From positions 12,755,432 through 12,819,431 of the forward strand of contig NC_092679.1 of NCBI RefSeq assembly GCF_964355755.1: a stretch of DNA of 64,000 nt, read 5' to 3'. Shown here piece after piece: positions 38,711 through 51,198 of the stretch; within the stretch, counting starts at the first letter, position 1, and each line of letters starts with the position of its first letter. The position numbers and the translations under genes were made by a program. The DNA is from Antedon mediterranea. Lineage: Eukaryota > Animalia > Echinodermata. The notes beneath the pieces are model-generated. The model was not told where the DNA came from. It made no database searches and was given only the letters and a program-made list of their open reading frames with translations.

Positions 38711-41700
38711 TTAGTTATCCGCTTAGTAGCGGATAACTCCTTGTAATCGTCCTGTTTCATCAAATTTTTTTTTTCTGTATTATTAGTTATCCGCTTAGTA
38801 GCGGATAACTCCTTGTAACTGTATGAAATCATCTTTTTTTTCTGTATTATTCTTTCTTTCTGTCAATTTTGTGTCTCGCGTATCTCAAAAACTTGTAAAC
38901 AAAACATTTTATAACTTTGTCAACATGTGGGCATTCACGTGAAATTGTGCACCTCCTATTGTGAATGACGTCAGAATTGCGCAACGTGATTTACGCGCGT
39001 TTTAACGAATTTCGCGTATTTAACATAGATCGAAAACCATATAGTAATTTAAATTGAAACTTAACAAAAGTTTAATTTATATCTTGCGCTAATTGACTGT
39101 GGGAAAAAAATGGCATGTTTCACACGAAGTTACGCGCGCAAGGGCGTTTAAAATTTCAAAATGCGAAAAATCAATTTCTAATCAACTTTCTACGCGTTTC
39201 ATGTCATTTTGAGCATGTCAAAAATTCCCACGCGCGCGCATATTTTTACTCGCACGGTGCGCACGTAGCGTTGAAAATAAATTTTTTTCACCTGATTCAT
39301 GTTTTTCCAGCCTTTTCTAGTAATTTTACCAACTTTTGAACAATTTTGACCTAAAACTACGTCATACGGGCACATCCAATTGGATAATTTACGTGCGTTT
39401 TTGATGAAAAAGTTCAAAAATTTGTCAAAATTCGTCAAAATTATGCCTTTTTTTAAACATTCATAGATTCTAAACTACGAGGTGAACTTTTTTTAAATTA
39501 TATATTCTCGAAGTTGATGAGTTGTAGATATGGAATAATGCATTAATATGGCTAATGGGACATTATAACGTCATCGTATGGCCACGCGAATATAAAATAT
39601 AGGATTTTTATATCTTTCGTCATAGCGCAACACATTTAATAGAGCGCATCTCCACTTATCCATTTTTTATTTTCAACCTGATTTTGATATTGTCTTGGTG
39701 AATGAACTATCTTTCGCATGAGTTAAAAATATTTTAATTTTTATGACGTCATCATGTCTAAAAATGTAAATAACGTGGGTCAACTATTTTCATCTTTACA
39801 GTAACTTTCAATCTGTTATAGCTCGTCAGAATAAAACGTGATAATCATGATTAAAACGTTTTCTGGAAGCTATTGAATTGTAGATACGAATTCATGTAAA
39901 CATTTTGCCAATCGGATGTTGTGACGTCATCATATGGCCAGTTGAATAAAAAAAGGCGTATTTTCATATTTTGCGTAATAGTTCATCACATTTAAAAGGG
40001 CGCGCATCTATATTTTACGTATTCAAATTTCTTCTACACGTTAATATGTGGTTGCTGAGATAATGTCCTTCCGAAATTGCTAACTTAGTGTTTCATTTTG
40101 ATACCGTCGCCATGTTAAAAATAAGAATAAATGGGGGGTCTCGTAATTTCACCTATTCTACACTGTATGCAACATGTATACAGAGTATACCGTTTGCACT
40201 GTATACTATACGACACAAAATAGACTGAATTCAGCACTAACAACGTATGATATTCTTCAGTTCAGGTCATAATGCCATAATCTTTATCTGTGTGCAATAT
40301 TCCAACGTATGACGTGCACGTGGCGTTTGTCGTGCGGATAACTAACTCGTCAAAGTGACGAGTTTCATGTCTAGTACTTCTTTCTTTCTGTCATTTTTGT
40401 GCGTCGCGTTTCTCTAAAACGTGTAAACAGAACATATCGTAACTTTGTCAACATATCGACATTTACGTGAACTTGTGCACCTCCTATTTTTGAATGACGT
40501 CAGAGTTGCGCAACGTGACTTACGTGCGATTTTATGAATTTCAATGATTGATCATAGACTAAAAACCAAACATAATTTTGTTTTGAAACTTTGTGAAAAT
40601 TTAAGTCATATCAAGCGCAAACTTTCTATGGATTAAAAATAGCATGTTTCACAAAAAGTTACGCGCGCACGCGCGTTTAAAATTTTAACGTGCGAAATAT
40701 TAACTTCTAATCAACTTTCTATGCGTTTCATGTCATTTTGAGCATGTCAAAAATTCCCACGCGCGCGAACATTTTTACGCACGCGGTGCACACGTAGCGT
40801 TAAAAACATATTTTTTTCGCGTGATTTATGTTTTTTCAGCCTTTTCTAGTAATGTTACCAAATTTTAAACAATTTCGACTTAAAATTACGTCATACGAGC
40901 ACGTCGAATTAGATAATTTGCACGCGTATTTGGTGAAAAAGTTAAAAAATTCGTCAAAATTATGCCTATTTTTAAACAGTCATAGATTCTAAACTACATG
41001 GAGAACTTTTTTTTAATTACATATTCTGGAAGTTGATGAGTTGTAGATATCGGATCATGCATTAATAAGGCTAACCGGACTTTGTGACGTCATCGTATGG
41101 CCACGCGAATATAAAATAGAGGATTTTTGTCTATTTCGTCATAGCTCATCACATTTAATAGAGCGCATCTCCACTTATTCGTTGTCCATTTTCATTCCGA
41201 TTTTAATATATTCTAGATCTATCAACAATCTTTTGCATGAATTAAAAATTTTTTAATTTTGTTAACGTCATCATGCCTAAAAATTTAAATTACGTTGGTC
41301 ATTAATTTCATCTTTACAGTAAATTTTAATCAGTTATGCCTCGTAAGAATAAAATGTGATAATCACAATTAAAACGTTTTCAGGAAGCTATTGTATTGTA
41401 GATACAAAATCATGTGTAAATTGTGCCAATCGAATGTTGTGACGTCATCATATGGCCAGTTAAATAAAAAAAGTCGTATTTTCATCTTTTGCATTATATT
41501 TCATTACATTTAAAAGAGCGCGCATCAATATTTCACGTATTCAAATTTCTTCTACACGTTAATACGTTGTTGCTGAGATAATTTCATTCAGAAATTTCTA
41601 CTTTTACATTTCATTTTGAAACCGTCAAGATGTTAAAAATTACAATAAAATACGGGTCCCGTAATTTCACCTATTTTACACTGTTTGTGATATGTATACA

Positions 41701-41881
41701 GATTGTACTGTGTATACTATATGACACAAAATAACAGAATTCAGAAATAACATATCATATTCTTCAGTTCAGGTCATAATGCCTTAATATTTTTCTGTGT
41801 GCAATATTCTAACGTATGACGTGCACGTGGCGTTTGTCGAGCGGATAACTAACTCGTCAAAGTGACGAGTTTCATGTCTAG
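38711..41881 (+). mobile_element. HINE-type element H12 (A-type); body 40375-41881; hosts H13
   Basis: Rejoined junction ctgtatta+tacttctttctttctgtc, which aligns without gaps to rejoined H11. Confidence 0.85.
38783..40374 (+). mobile_element. HINE-type element H13 (A-type), uninterrupted, innermost
   Basis: A-type head and tail. Confidence 0.9.
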
Positions 41882-44800
41882 TTTCCTTCCGTCATTTTTG
41901 TGCGTCGCGTTTCTCTAAAACGTGTAAACAGAACATATCGTAACTTTGTCAACATATCGACATTTACGTGAACTTGTGCACCTCCTATTTTTGAATGACG
42001 TCAGAGTTGCGCAACGTGACTTACGCGCGATTTTATGAATTTCAATGATTGATCATAGACTGAAAACCAAACATAATTTTGTTTTGACACTTTGTGAAAA
42101 TTTAAGTCACATCAAGCGCAAACTTTCTATGGATTAAAAATAGCATCTTTCACAAAAAGTTACGCGCGCACGCGCGTTTAAAATTTTAGAGTGCGAAAAA
42201 TCAACTTCTAATCAACTTTCTATGCGTTTCATGTCATTTTGAGCATGTCAAAAATTCCCACGCGCGCGAAACTTTTTACGCACGCGGTGCACACGTAGCG
42301 TTAAAAACATGCTTTTTTCGCGTGATTTATGTTTTTTCAGCCTTTTATAGTAATGTTACCAACTTTTAAACAATTTCGACTTAAAATTACGTCATACGAG
42401 CACGTCGAATTAAATAATTTGCACGCGTTTCTGATGAAAAAGTTTAAAAATTCGTCAAAATTATGCCTATTTTTAAACAGTCATAGATTCTAAACTACAT
42501 GGAGAACTTTTTTTTAATTACATATTCTGGAAGTTGATGAGTTGTAGATATCGAATCATGCATTAATATGGCTAACCGGACATTGTGACGTCATCGTATG
42601 GCCACGCGAATATAAAATATAGGATTTTTGTCTCTTTCGTCATAGCTCATCACATTTAATAGAGCGCATCTCCACTTATTCGTAGTCGATTTTCATCCCA
42701 ATTTTAATATATTCTAGGTCAATCAACTATCTTTTGCATGAATTAAAAAATTTTTAATTTTTTTAACGTCATCATGCCTAAAAATTTAAATTACGTTGGT
42801 CATTAATTTCATCTTTACAGTAAATTTTAATCTGTTATAGCTCGTAAGAATAAAATGTGATAATCACGATTAAAACGTTTTCAGGAAGCTATTGTATTGT
42901 AGATACAAAATCATGTGAAAATTGTGCCAATCGAATGTTGTGACGTCATCATATGGCCAGTTAAATACAAAAAGTCGTATTTTCATCTTTTGCGTTATAT
43001 TTCATTACATTTAAAAGAACGCGCATCAATATTTCACGTATTCAAATTTCTACTACACGTTAATATGTTGTTGCTGAGATAATTTCATTCTGAAATTTCT
43101 ACTTTTGCATTTCATTTTGAAACCGTCAAGATGTTAAAAATTACAATAAAATACGGGTCCCGTAATTTCACCTATTTTACACTGTTTGTGATATGTATAC
43201 AGATTGTACAGTGTATACTATGTATATGACACAAAATAACAGAATTCAGAAATAACAACATATCATATTCTTCAGTTCAGGTCATAATGCCTTAATATTT
43301 TTCTGTGTGCAATATTCTAACGTATGACGTGCACGTGGCGTTTGTCGAGCGGATAACTAACTCGTCAAAGTGACGAGTTTCATGTCTAGTTCTTCTTTCT
43401 TTCTGTCATTTTTGTGCAGAGCGTATCTCTAAAACGTGTAAAGTTAACATGTTATAACTTTGTCAACATATGGGCAATCACATGAAGTTGTGCTTTCCTA
43501 TAATTGAATGACGTCAGAGTTGCGCAACAAGACTTACGCACGTTTTTATGAATTTCGCGTATTTAACATAGATCGGAAACCATATAACAATTTAAATTGA
43601 AACTTAGCAAAAGTCTAATTTATATCGTGCGCTAACTTTTTATGCACTAAAAATGGCACGTTTTACACGAAGTTATGCGCGCACGCGCGTTTAAAATTTT
43701 ACAATGCGAAAAATCAATTTCTAATCAACTTTCTACGCGTTTCATGTCATTTTGAGCATGTCAAAAATTCCCACACGTGCGCAAATTTTTACGCGCGTGG
43801 TGCACACGTAGCTTTAAAAACGTCATTTTTTCGAGTGATTTATGTTTTTCCAGCCTTTTCTATTAATTTTACCAACTTTTAAACAATTTCGACTTCAAAT
43901 TACGTCATACGAGCACGTAGAATATGATAATTTGCGCGCTTTTTTGATGAAAAACTTCAAAAATTCGTCAAAATTAAGCCTTTTTTTAAACAATCGTAGT
44001 TTCTAAACTAAACGGTAAAAATTATTTTTATTACATATTCTGGAAGTTGATGAGTTGTAGATATCAGATCATGGATTAATATGGCTAACCGGACATTGTG
44101 ACGTCATCGTATGGCCACGCGAATATGAAATTTAGGATTTTTGTATCGTTCGTCATAACTCCTCACATTTAATAGAGCGCATCTCCACTTATCCGTTTTC
44201 CATTTTCACCCCAAATTTGATATTGTCTAGGTCAATCAACTATATTTAGCATGAGTTAAAAATATTTTAATTTTTATGACGTCATCATGCCTAAAAATTT
44301 AAATGACGTGTGGCATTAATTTCATCTTTACAGTAAATTTCAATCTGTTATAGCTCGTAAAAATAAAATGTGATAATCACGATTAAAACGTTTTCTTGAA
44401 GCTATTGGATTGTAGATACAAAATCTTGCCAATCGGATGTGGTGACGTCATCATATGGCCAGTTAAATAAAAAAAGTCGTATTTTCATATTTTGCGTCAT
44501 AGTTCATTACATTTAAAAGAGCGCGCATTAATATTTCACGTATTCAAATTTCTTCTACACGTTAATATGTTGTTGCTGAGATAATTTCCTTCCAAAATTG
44601 CTACCTTCGCGTTTCATTTTAAAACCATCAACATGTTAAAAATTGCAATAAATAGCGGGTCCCGTAATTTCCCCTATTCTACACTGTATGTGATATGTAT
44701 ACAGATTACACTGTGTATACTATATATGAATCAAAATAATAGAATTCAGCAATAACAACATATCATAGTCTTCAGTTCAGGTCATAATTCCATAATCTTT

Positions 44801-46753
44801 TTCCGTGTGCAATATTCCAACGTATGGCGTGGACGTGGCGTTTGTCGTGCGGATAACTAACTCGTCAAAGTGACGAGTTTCATGTCTAGTTATTTATTTC
44901 TCTCTGTACAGATTTTGTGTAACAAATATCTCAAAAAGTTTAATGTTAATGATTACCATAATTTCACAATGTCTTTCAAATACGTTAACTTAGTCCTAAT
45001 AAGCTTTTCAGCGTGATCACTCATCCGTGACGTCACGTATACGCCATTTTGTGAAATCACATTATCAATCATATCTCCATAATTCATTATCACATATTAA
45101 TGAAAATCACTACACGTAAACTTGAGGTCAAGATAAAAAATATTAGCAAATAAAAACTCGGGCGTTTCAAGGTCATGCGCGTGAAATCGCGCGTTGAAAT
45201 TTTAAAAAGCTCAAAATTTAGTTTTTATCAATTTAGAGCATGAAATAGGCCATTTGCGTGTTTAAAAAAATTACTGCGCAAAAACACATTTTTGCGCACG
45301 CGATTTTTAAAAAGGGTACAAAATAAAATTTGATGTATACATCATATTCTATTCACAATCCTTAGTACATTCTCCGACTTTGAGTCCATTCCGACTTAAA
45401 ATAACGCTATACGAGCACGTTAAAAATGACAAAATGCGCACATTAATTGTACAAAAGTGCTAAAAATGGTAAAAAAATAAGGCCTTTTTAAAATGAATAT
45501 AACTCTACAGAATGGCAGGTGACCCCCAATTTTTTTAACTTATTATGGAAGCCAATAAGTTGTAGATATAAATATATATACATATTAGACGTACAAAATG
45601 GTATGACGTCATCAAATGGCCACTTGAATTTAAAAATTAGTAATTATTATCTTTTTGTGTGGGTTATCACATTCAATAGAGCGCATCTCCGTTATTTGAG
45701 CCCAATTTTTGCACACATTTTAGTATGTGCTTGCTCAATTAATTATCTTTCTCATAAGTTGTCAACATTTTTATTTTGATGACGTCATCACGCGTAAAAA
45801 CTTGAATAACTTAGGTCGTGTAATTTCAGCTACACCATACATTTGAATATCTTATAGCTCCTCAGAATTAAAGGTGACCTTGAAGATTATAATTTATTAT
45901 GAAAGCTGATGAAATGTAGATATGAATTCATATAAAAATTAAGCCTATCGGATGTTGTGATGTTATCATATGGCCAGTTGAAGTTAAAAAGTAGTTTTTA
46001 AATTTCTTTAGTCGAAGTTATACAAATTTCAAAGAGCGCGCATTGCGCTTCTACGTGTCAAATTCTCTTCCAATCCTTATATTTTTTTGCTCAATTCATT
46101 ATCTTTCGAAATTGTCATCTTCGAGTTTATTTTGATAATTCCATCATACCAAAAAATTTTAACTTGATGTGTGTCCCATAATTTCACCTATGCTACACTG
46201 TATATAGATATACAGTATATACTGTACATTGTATATGGCATATAATAGGCATAACTCAGCAATATAAGCGTATAATAGGATGGCATACATCAACATTTTC
46301 CTATCGTATGTTAACGTACGTACATGTTTAAAAAAAATTAATTTCATTAAAATGATAAAAATGATCACCTATAATTCGTCAAAGTGACGAATTAAATTCT
46401 AGTTTTCAATTGTTTTTGTTTTAGCTCTATTTAACTCTATTTTTCTAAATGTTCTTAGTTCCATCCCAGCCTTGGTGGGCTGGTTCTCTGTAGACTTGTA
46501 ATTTTGTTTCTTATGTATAATTGCAATTTCCGGGGACCTAGCAGCCCATGGGTGTTAGTCTCGCGCATTTATAATTTCCATACCCCTAGGCAGCAACCAA
46601 CCTACGTCTCTTCTATTAACGATATACTATAATGGCTACCCTAAATCTGATTAAAACGGCTTCAAATTACGCTAGAACGCATAGCTTTCGGGGGCCCTTG
46701 GCGGCCCCCAGCATAGTGATGCTTGCATCACTCGCATAGCCCAACGCCCACCC

Positions 46754-46818
46754 ATCGGGGAATTTAGCCCTGCGTCGGGGAATTCAGCCCCGCGTCGGGG
46801 AATTTAGCCCCACGTCGG
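46754..46818 (+). repeat. 21-bp tandem repeat (3 copies) near a possible hAT-like end (..gccaccactg)
   Basis: cgtcggggaatt(t/c)agccc(t/c)g. Confidence 0.7.
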
Positions 46819-47754
46819 AAAGATCTTGGCGCCACCACTGCAATCGCCATGTAGAATACTTGTTATCCTGGATTAGATAACCATGTTAGAGTTGTTAAAG
46901 TGGTGAATTCTTAAGAAATATTACGAAGATTTGTCATTTAGAAATGCTGCCGAGTTAGATTAAGTTGTTTGAATTGTAGTTATATGTGTTAAATGGAAAA
47001 ATAATATATGCGATATAAAGTGAATATTAATTGAAAGAATAAAATGTTAAAATAAATAAAAGAAACAAGAATTAATTAATCAATGAATTGTACATAGATA
47101 AAATTAATTAAAAGAAACAAGAAATATTCAATGAATTGTACATACATAAAAATAAAATATAAACAAATAAAAAAAAAAATTAATTAAAAAATGAAAAATC
47201 GAAATATTTATTTAAGTTCATTAAAGAAATATATAAATGAGAAGAAATTGAAACAAAATAAACAATGTATGGTAATAGACAAGGAGGGGGACAATGTTCA
47301 GAAGAATAGTTGTATTGTAATTGTTGCATGAATTCTTTCTTAGATGGTTGAACACCTTTCTGTAAATTAGTTACGAACGTGTATGCACGGCGTAGCACGT
47401 GTTCAGTTCAGTTCTTTTTGTTGTTGCAGGCGAAAATTTATTCGATTATTGCAACAGTTTAACAAACTATTGTTCGCTCTTCAATTGTGAAGATTAAATT
47501 TCGGAGTAAACCTGTCACTATCCGACAGGGTTTACTAAATATATTGCATAAAACAAACAATAGGTGTAATTATTTAATTAATATTTTATATCTTGCCCTT
47601 TTATAATACTAAATTCACAAAAAAAAAGTTTTAATTATTTAAAGGTATGGAAGACAGTATGGTAAAAAAATTGTCTTTGAACATATTGTTCCAATTTTCC
47701 TTAGGATAACAATATTTGTAATATTTTTGTTTTGTTTATGGATTATGAAATTTT

Positions 47755-48010
47755 CAATTTATGACTTACCTTGTAATACTATGTTTGAACACGAACCTTT
47801 TATGACTTTATCTTGTAATACATTAGTACAATACCTTACACTACCTTACGTACACTACCTTTTTATGATTACTATAAGTTCAAACACGAACCTTTCATTA
47901 CTTAACTTATAAGTTCAAACACAAACATTTTCTAACTTACCATGAAATAAGTTAAAACACAAACCTTTCATAACTTAACTTATAAGTTCAAACATGAACA
48001 TTCTATAAAT
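47755..48010 (-). repeat. Degenerate ~33-bp tandem repeat; opposite-strand relative at ~56325-56605
   Basis: taagttcaaacacgaacctt / tcttgtaata here, versus gtgtttgaacttattacaaga there. Confidence 0.65.
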
Positions 48011-48646
48011 TATTTTGAAATAATTTTGCACAAAATTTATGTTTAATATTGTACTACATTGCACTATTTTAAAGCATGACCCTTTCACAAATTATCTTGC
48101 ATTACATTAACTGTTATGTAATAGGTGCTGAAAAATGACTTGAAATGTTCAAGTATGACAGGAATAATATTATTTTGTAATCTTTATGTTTGTAATAGAT
48201 AGATATGCTTGTCATTTTGTTATGCATTTAAAAAACATACTACAGATTGACAAAATCTAGAAAAACCTACTCAAATCAGATCTACAAAACATTGCACAGG
48301 TGCCCCAACAGTAAAAAATATCTATGTATTTTGTATTATTTGTATAAAAATCTGGGTCTGCTGCTCCAGACTAATAGGGTTGGGATATTTTTAAAATACT
48401 AACTAAAAATCGACACTACTCGCAAAGAGGCAGAATCGCATATATAATGCACTTTATGCACTAAATGAATTAAATTACCATGTACAAGGTGACAGTTTAT
48501 GTTATTTTGTAATATTACAATGTTTACTCACTTTTCAATTTTTTTTAAGGACTCCATAAAACAAAATTCCTACGTTGTCATTTTAAAATGCCAGAAAACA
48601 AGATTTTGCAAATAAAGCTATTTAATGCTAAAACAACTTTTTAAAG

Positions 48647-51198
48647 ATTATCCACGAGACTGCACTGACATACTTGAAAGCAACAGTGAAGCAACAAGTG
48701 GTGCTTACATGATCAATATTCATGATGGAGGTGAACCATTCAGAGTTTACTGCGATATGGACACTGATGGAGGTGGATGAACGGTAGGTTTAATCAATAA
48801 GACACATAATATTCATGGATGCATATACATAAACTGGAGCAAGTTGGGTGGTCCTGTAATTAAGAGAATCTAAGTAGATCAGAAAATGAAATAATAAGCA
48901 AAACATTTTCTTTACCTCGAAACATTGCAGTATAGGAATAGTAAATTTTCAATATTCTTGCAATAAATGTACTAAATGTTAGCTTTCTATTACAATTATT
49001 ATTATTTTATGAAGGTTTTTCAGAGACGAGAAGATGGATCTATGAATTTCTATAGAAATTGGGCAGCATACAAGGTAGGGTTTCGGAATTTTAATGGTGA
49101 GCACTGGCTTGGTAATGATAACATTTATCGTCTTAGATCTGATGGTCACTTTGAATTGAGAGTGGGCATGTCAACATTTGAAGGAGGATCAGCATACGCT
49201 CACTATGACAACTTTCGAATAGGTGATGAGAGAAGTAACTACATACTGACATTTGGCACTTACAGTGGCAATGCAGGTAGGGTTTAGCTAATTATTGTCT
49301 AATGTTAAAGATGTATTGTCCCTTTGTCAAATTCCAAAAAAAATAAAAATAAAAAGATTTCGAAAAAAAGTGGGTCATTTTGAAGTATCATAATAGTTAT
49401 TAACTTTCACCAAAAATTAGTCGAAAAAAAAATCATTTAACTGAAATACAGACGTTTTTTGGTTAAAAAAATAACTTTGACTTCCAGTCAAAGTTTTCGA
49501 TCAAAACATATCTTATAATACAATGCGCTAATTTGGCTACTCTGTATGCATAATCATAAAACTTCCTCGCGATCTGTGTGAAAACACCTTCTCAACTGTG
49601 ACGAGTTGTAAACAATCCTAATTAGCATCATGCATAATGTATACTCATGGTTTGAAATCTTTGTTTACTTTCGCTCACGACTATTTTCAGACGAAATGTA
49701 ATCAAATTAATTTAGCTGTTAATTACGTAAAATTGTTGTTTTTGGCTCGAATTTTCGACTTAAAGTGAATAACTTTAATATTACTTTGATATGGCCAATT
49801 AAAATTTTTTCATTCATTTTTTTGTGTTTCAAGGGACAATATTATTTAATGTTCCCACCTAACTCTCATACTTCTTTAATCCACACTTTTCAATTATCTG
49901 ATGATCTTTTATCCTACCGTTTCTAGTTCGTTTCATACTTTTATGTGTTTTTATTAATTTCTTGAGTGTGTAGAAAACTGTCCGTTGTTTCACTCCCGCA
50001 CTGCTTGTCAGAAATGTCTTTCATACGCAACATTTTTCTTTGGCATATAATAAAAATTCAGCGCTTCTGGTTCTTTTTCATACATGTCATCTTCTTTTGT
50101 CAATATTTCAAATAATTGCTACACACCTTCTCTTCGCTGTATGTAGTAAAATCATGGAGTACTCCATAGTAAAATAGCCCTGTCTGCTGATTATTTTCTA
50201 CATTCTACCATTATATATAACTCAAATGCCAAGAGCTTGGCTATATCTGTCATTTCGAAACTAGGGATTGAGTTTACTTAAAAAGCCACAATTTATATAT
50301 AATTTTTATATATAAAAAACCTTTTGTAAAGTAATGGTTTTTGCTTCACTTTGATATTTATTTGTTATAATTCAATGTAAACTAATATTTAATTAATTGA
50401 TATTTGTATACCCATTTGTACTGTCTTAGTAGTTAACAATTGTACTGTCAACACAGCCTTGTATAGTAACACCAAATAATAGTGAAACAAACTATTGTGT
50501 TTAAAGAAAGTTATAATAATAATAATAAAAATAAAATAATAATAATAATACCACCAACTTACTATTTATTACTATTTAACATCTATATTCAGTTTACTAA
50601 CAAATTGACTTGATTTCTTTAATATTTCATATAACGACACTTTATCTTCCACACGATTTATATACTATATATATATAACATGTTTTTATTCTTCATAAGG
50701 TAGAGTTACTTTAATTTTATTATTGAGGATATTACGTTATATGAGTGCCATGCACTCCTAAAATGCATGTTTTATGCAGGAGATCCGATCAATAGTCACC
50801 TCTCTAGCTCTAAGGATTGAAATTGCTATACTACATCATCAATAATATTCCTCATTTCAAGTATAGGGCCTATTAATAATTAATTTTCAATGATTGCATA
50901 AAAAAACAAATTTTGTATCAAGGTAATTAAAAAAAATGATTTTATTTTAGGAGACTCATTGGCGGAACATAACAATCAAAAGTTTTCAACATTCGACCAA
51001 GACAATGACTCGTCTTCACGATCATGTGCTGTGGATTTCAAAGGAGCCTGGTGGTATGGTTCCGATCATGATTCAAATCTGAATGGATTGTACTTGGGTG
51101 GTATAAATAGTCAGTCTCACCAAGGTGTGATTTGGGCACATTATAAAGGAGATTACTACTCCTTGAAAACTACTGTGATGAAGATACGTAGAGTTTAA
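48647..51198 (+). pseudogene. FReD copy D: exons 48647-48783, 49015-49276, 50951-51198; exon 1 not found
   Basis: Canonical GT/AG and phases. TGA at 48778-48780 replaces Trp of GGWT. The P-domain Cys is lost (WWYGSDH). Confidence 0.85.
49309..49845. mobile_element. Kolobok-like MITE (TTAA TSD) in copy D intron 3
   Basis: ttaa-agatgtattgtccctt ... aagggacaatattat-ttaa. Confidence 0.7.

Larger units (their letters stand above)
38630..43389 (+). mobile_element. HINE-type element H11 (A-type); body 41882-43389; hosts H12
   Basis: Rejoined junction ctgtattatactta+tttccttccgtc. Confidence 0.85.
38551..44889 (+). mobile_element. HINE-type element H10 (A-type); body 43390-44889; hosts H11
   Basis: Head ttgtaactgtcctg and body gtgcagagc both match the H3/H9 subtype. 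Confidence 0.85.
24132..46402 (+). mobile_element. Element H0 (divergent Helentron/HINE-type), outermost host of the nested array; head 24132-24169, body 44890-46402
   Basis: 5' AGGTGATCATTT plus an adjacent inverted copy; 3' AAATGATCACCT (46359-46370), stem-loop aattcgtca-aag-tgacgaatt, and CTAG end. Confidence 0.85.

Noticed and set aside
26157-39438. Recurrent short ORFs in the array (MSNSTCSY..., MLFGFRH..., MFSTLRA...)
   Set aside because: They are present or broken at random among copies, have no recognisable domain, and show no RepHel motifs.
46754-46818. kappaB site cluster (ggggaatt...)
   Set aside because: The sites lack the terminal YCC half-site and are better explained as a transposon subterminal repeat.
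48778-48780. Selenocysteine or recoded TGA in copy D
   Set aside because: It replaces Trp by a single transition, no SECIS was recognised, and other lesions are present.
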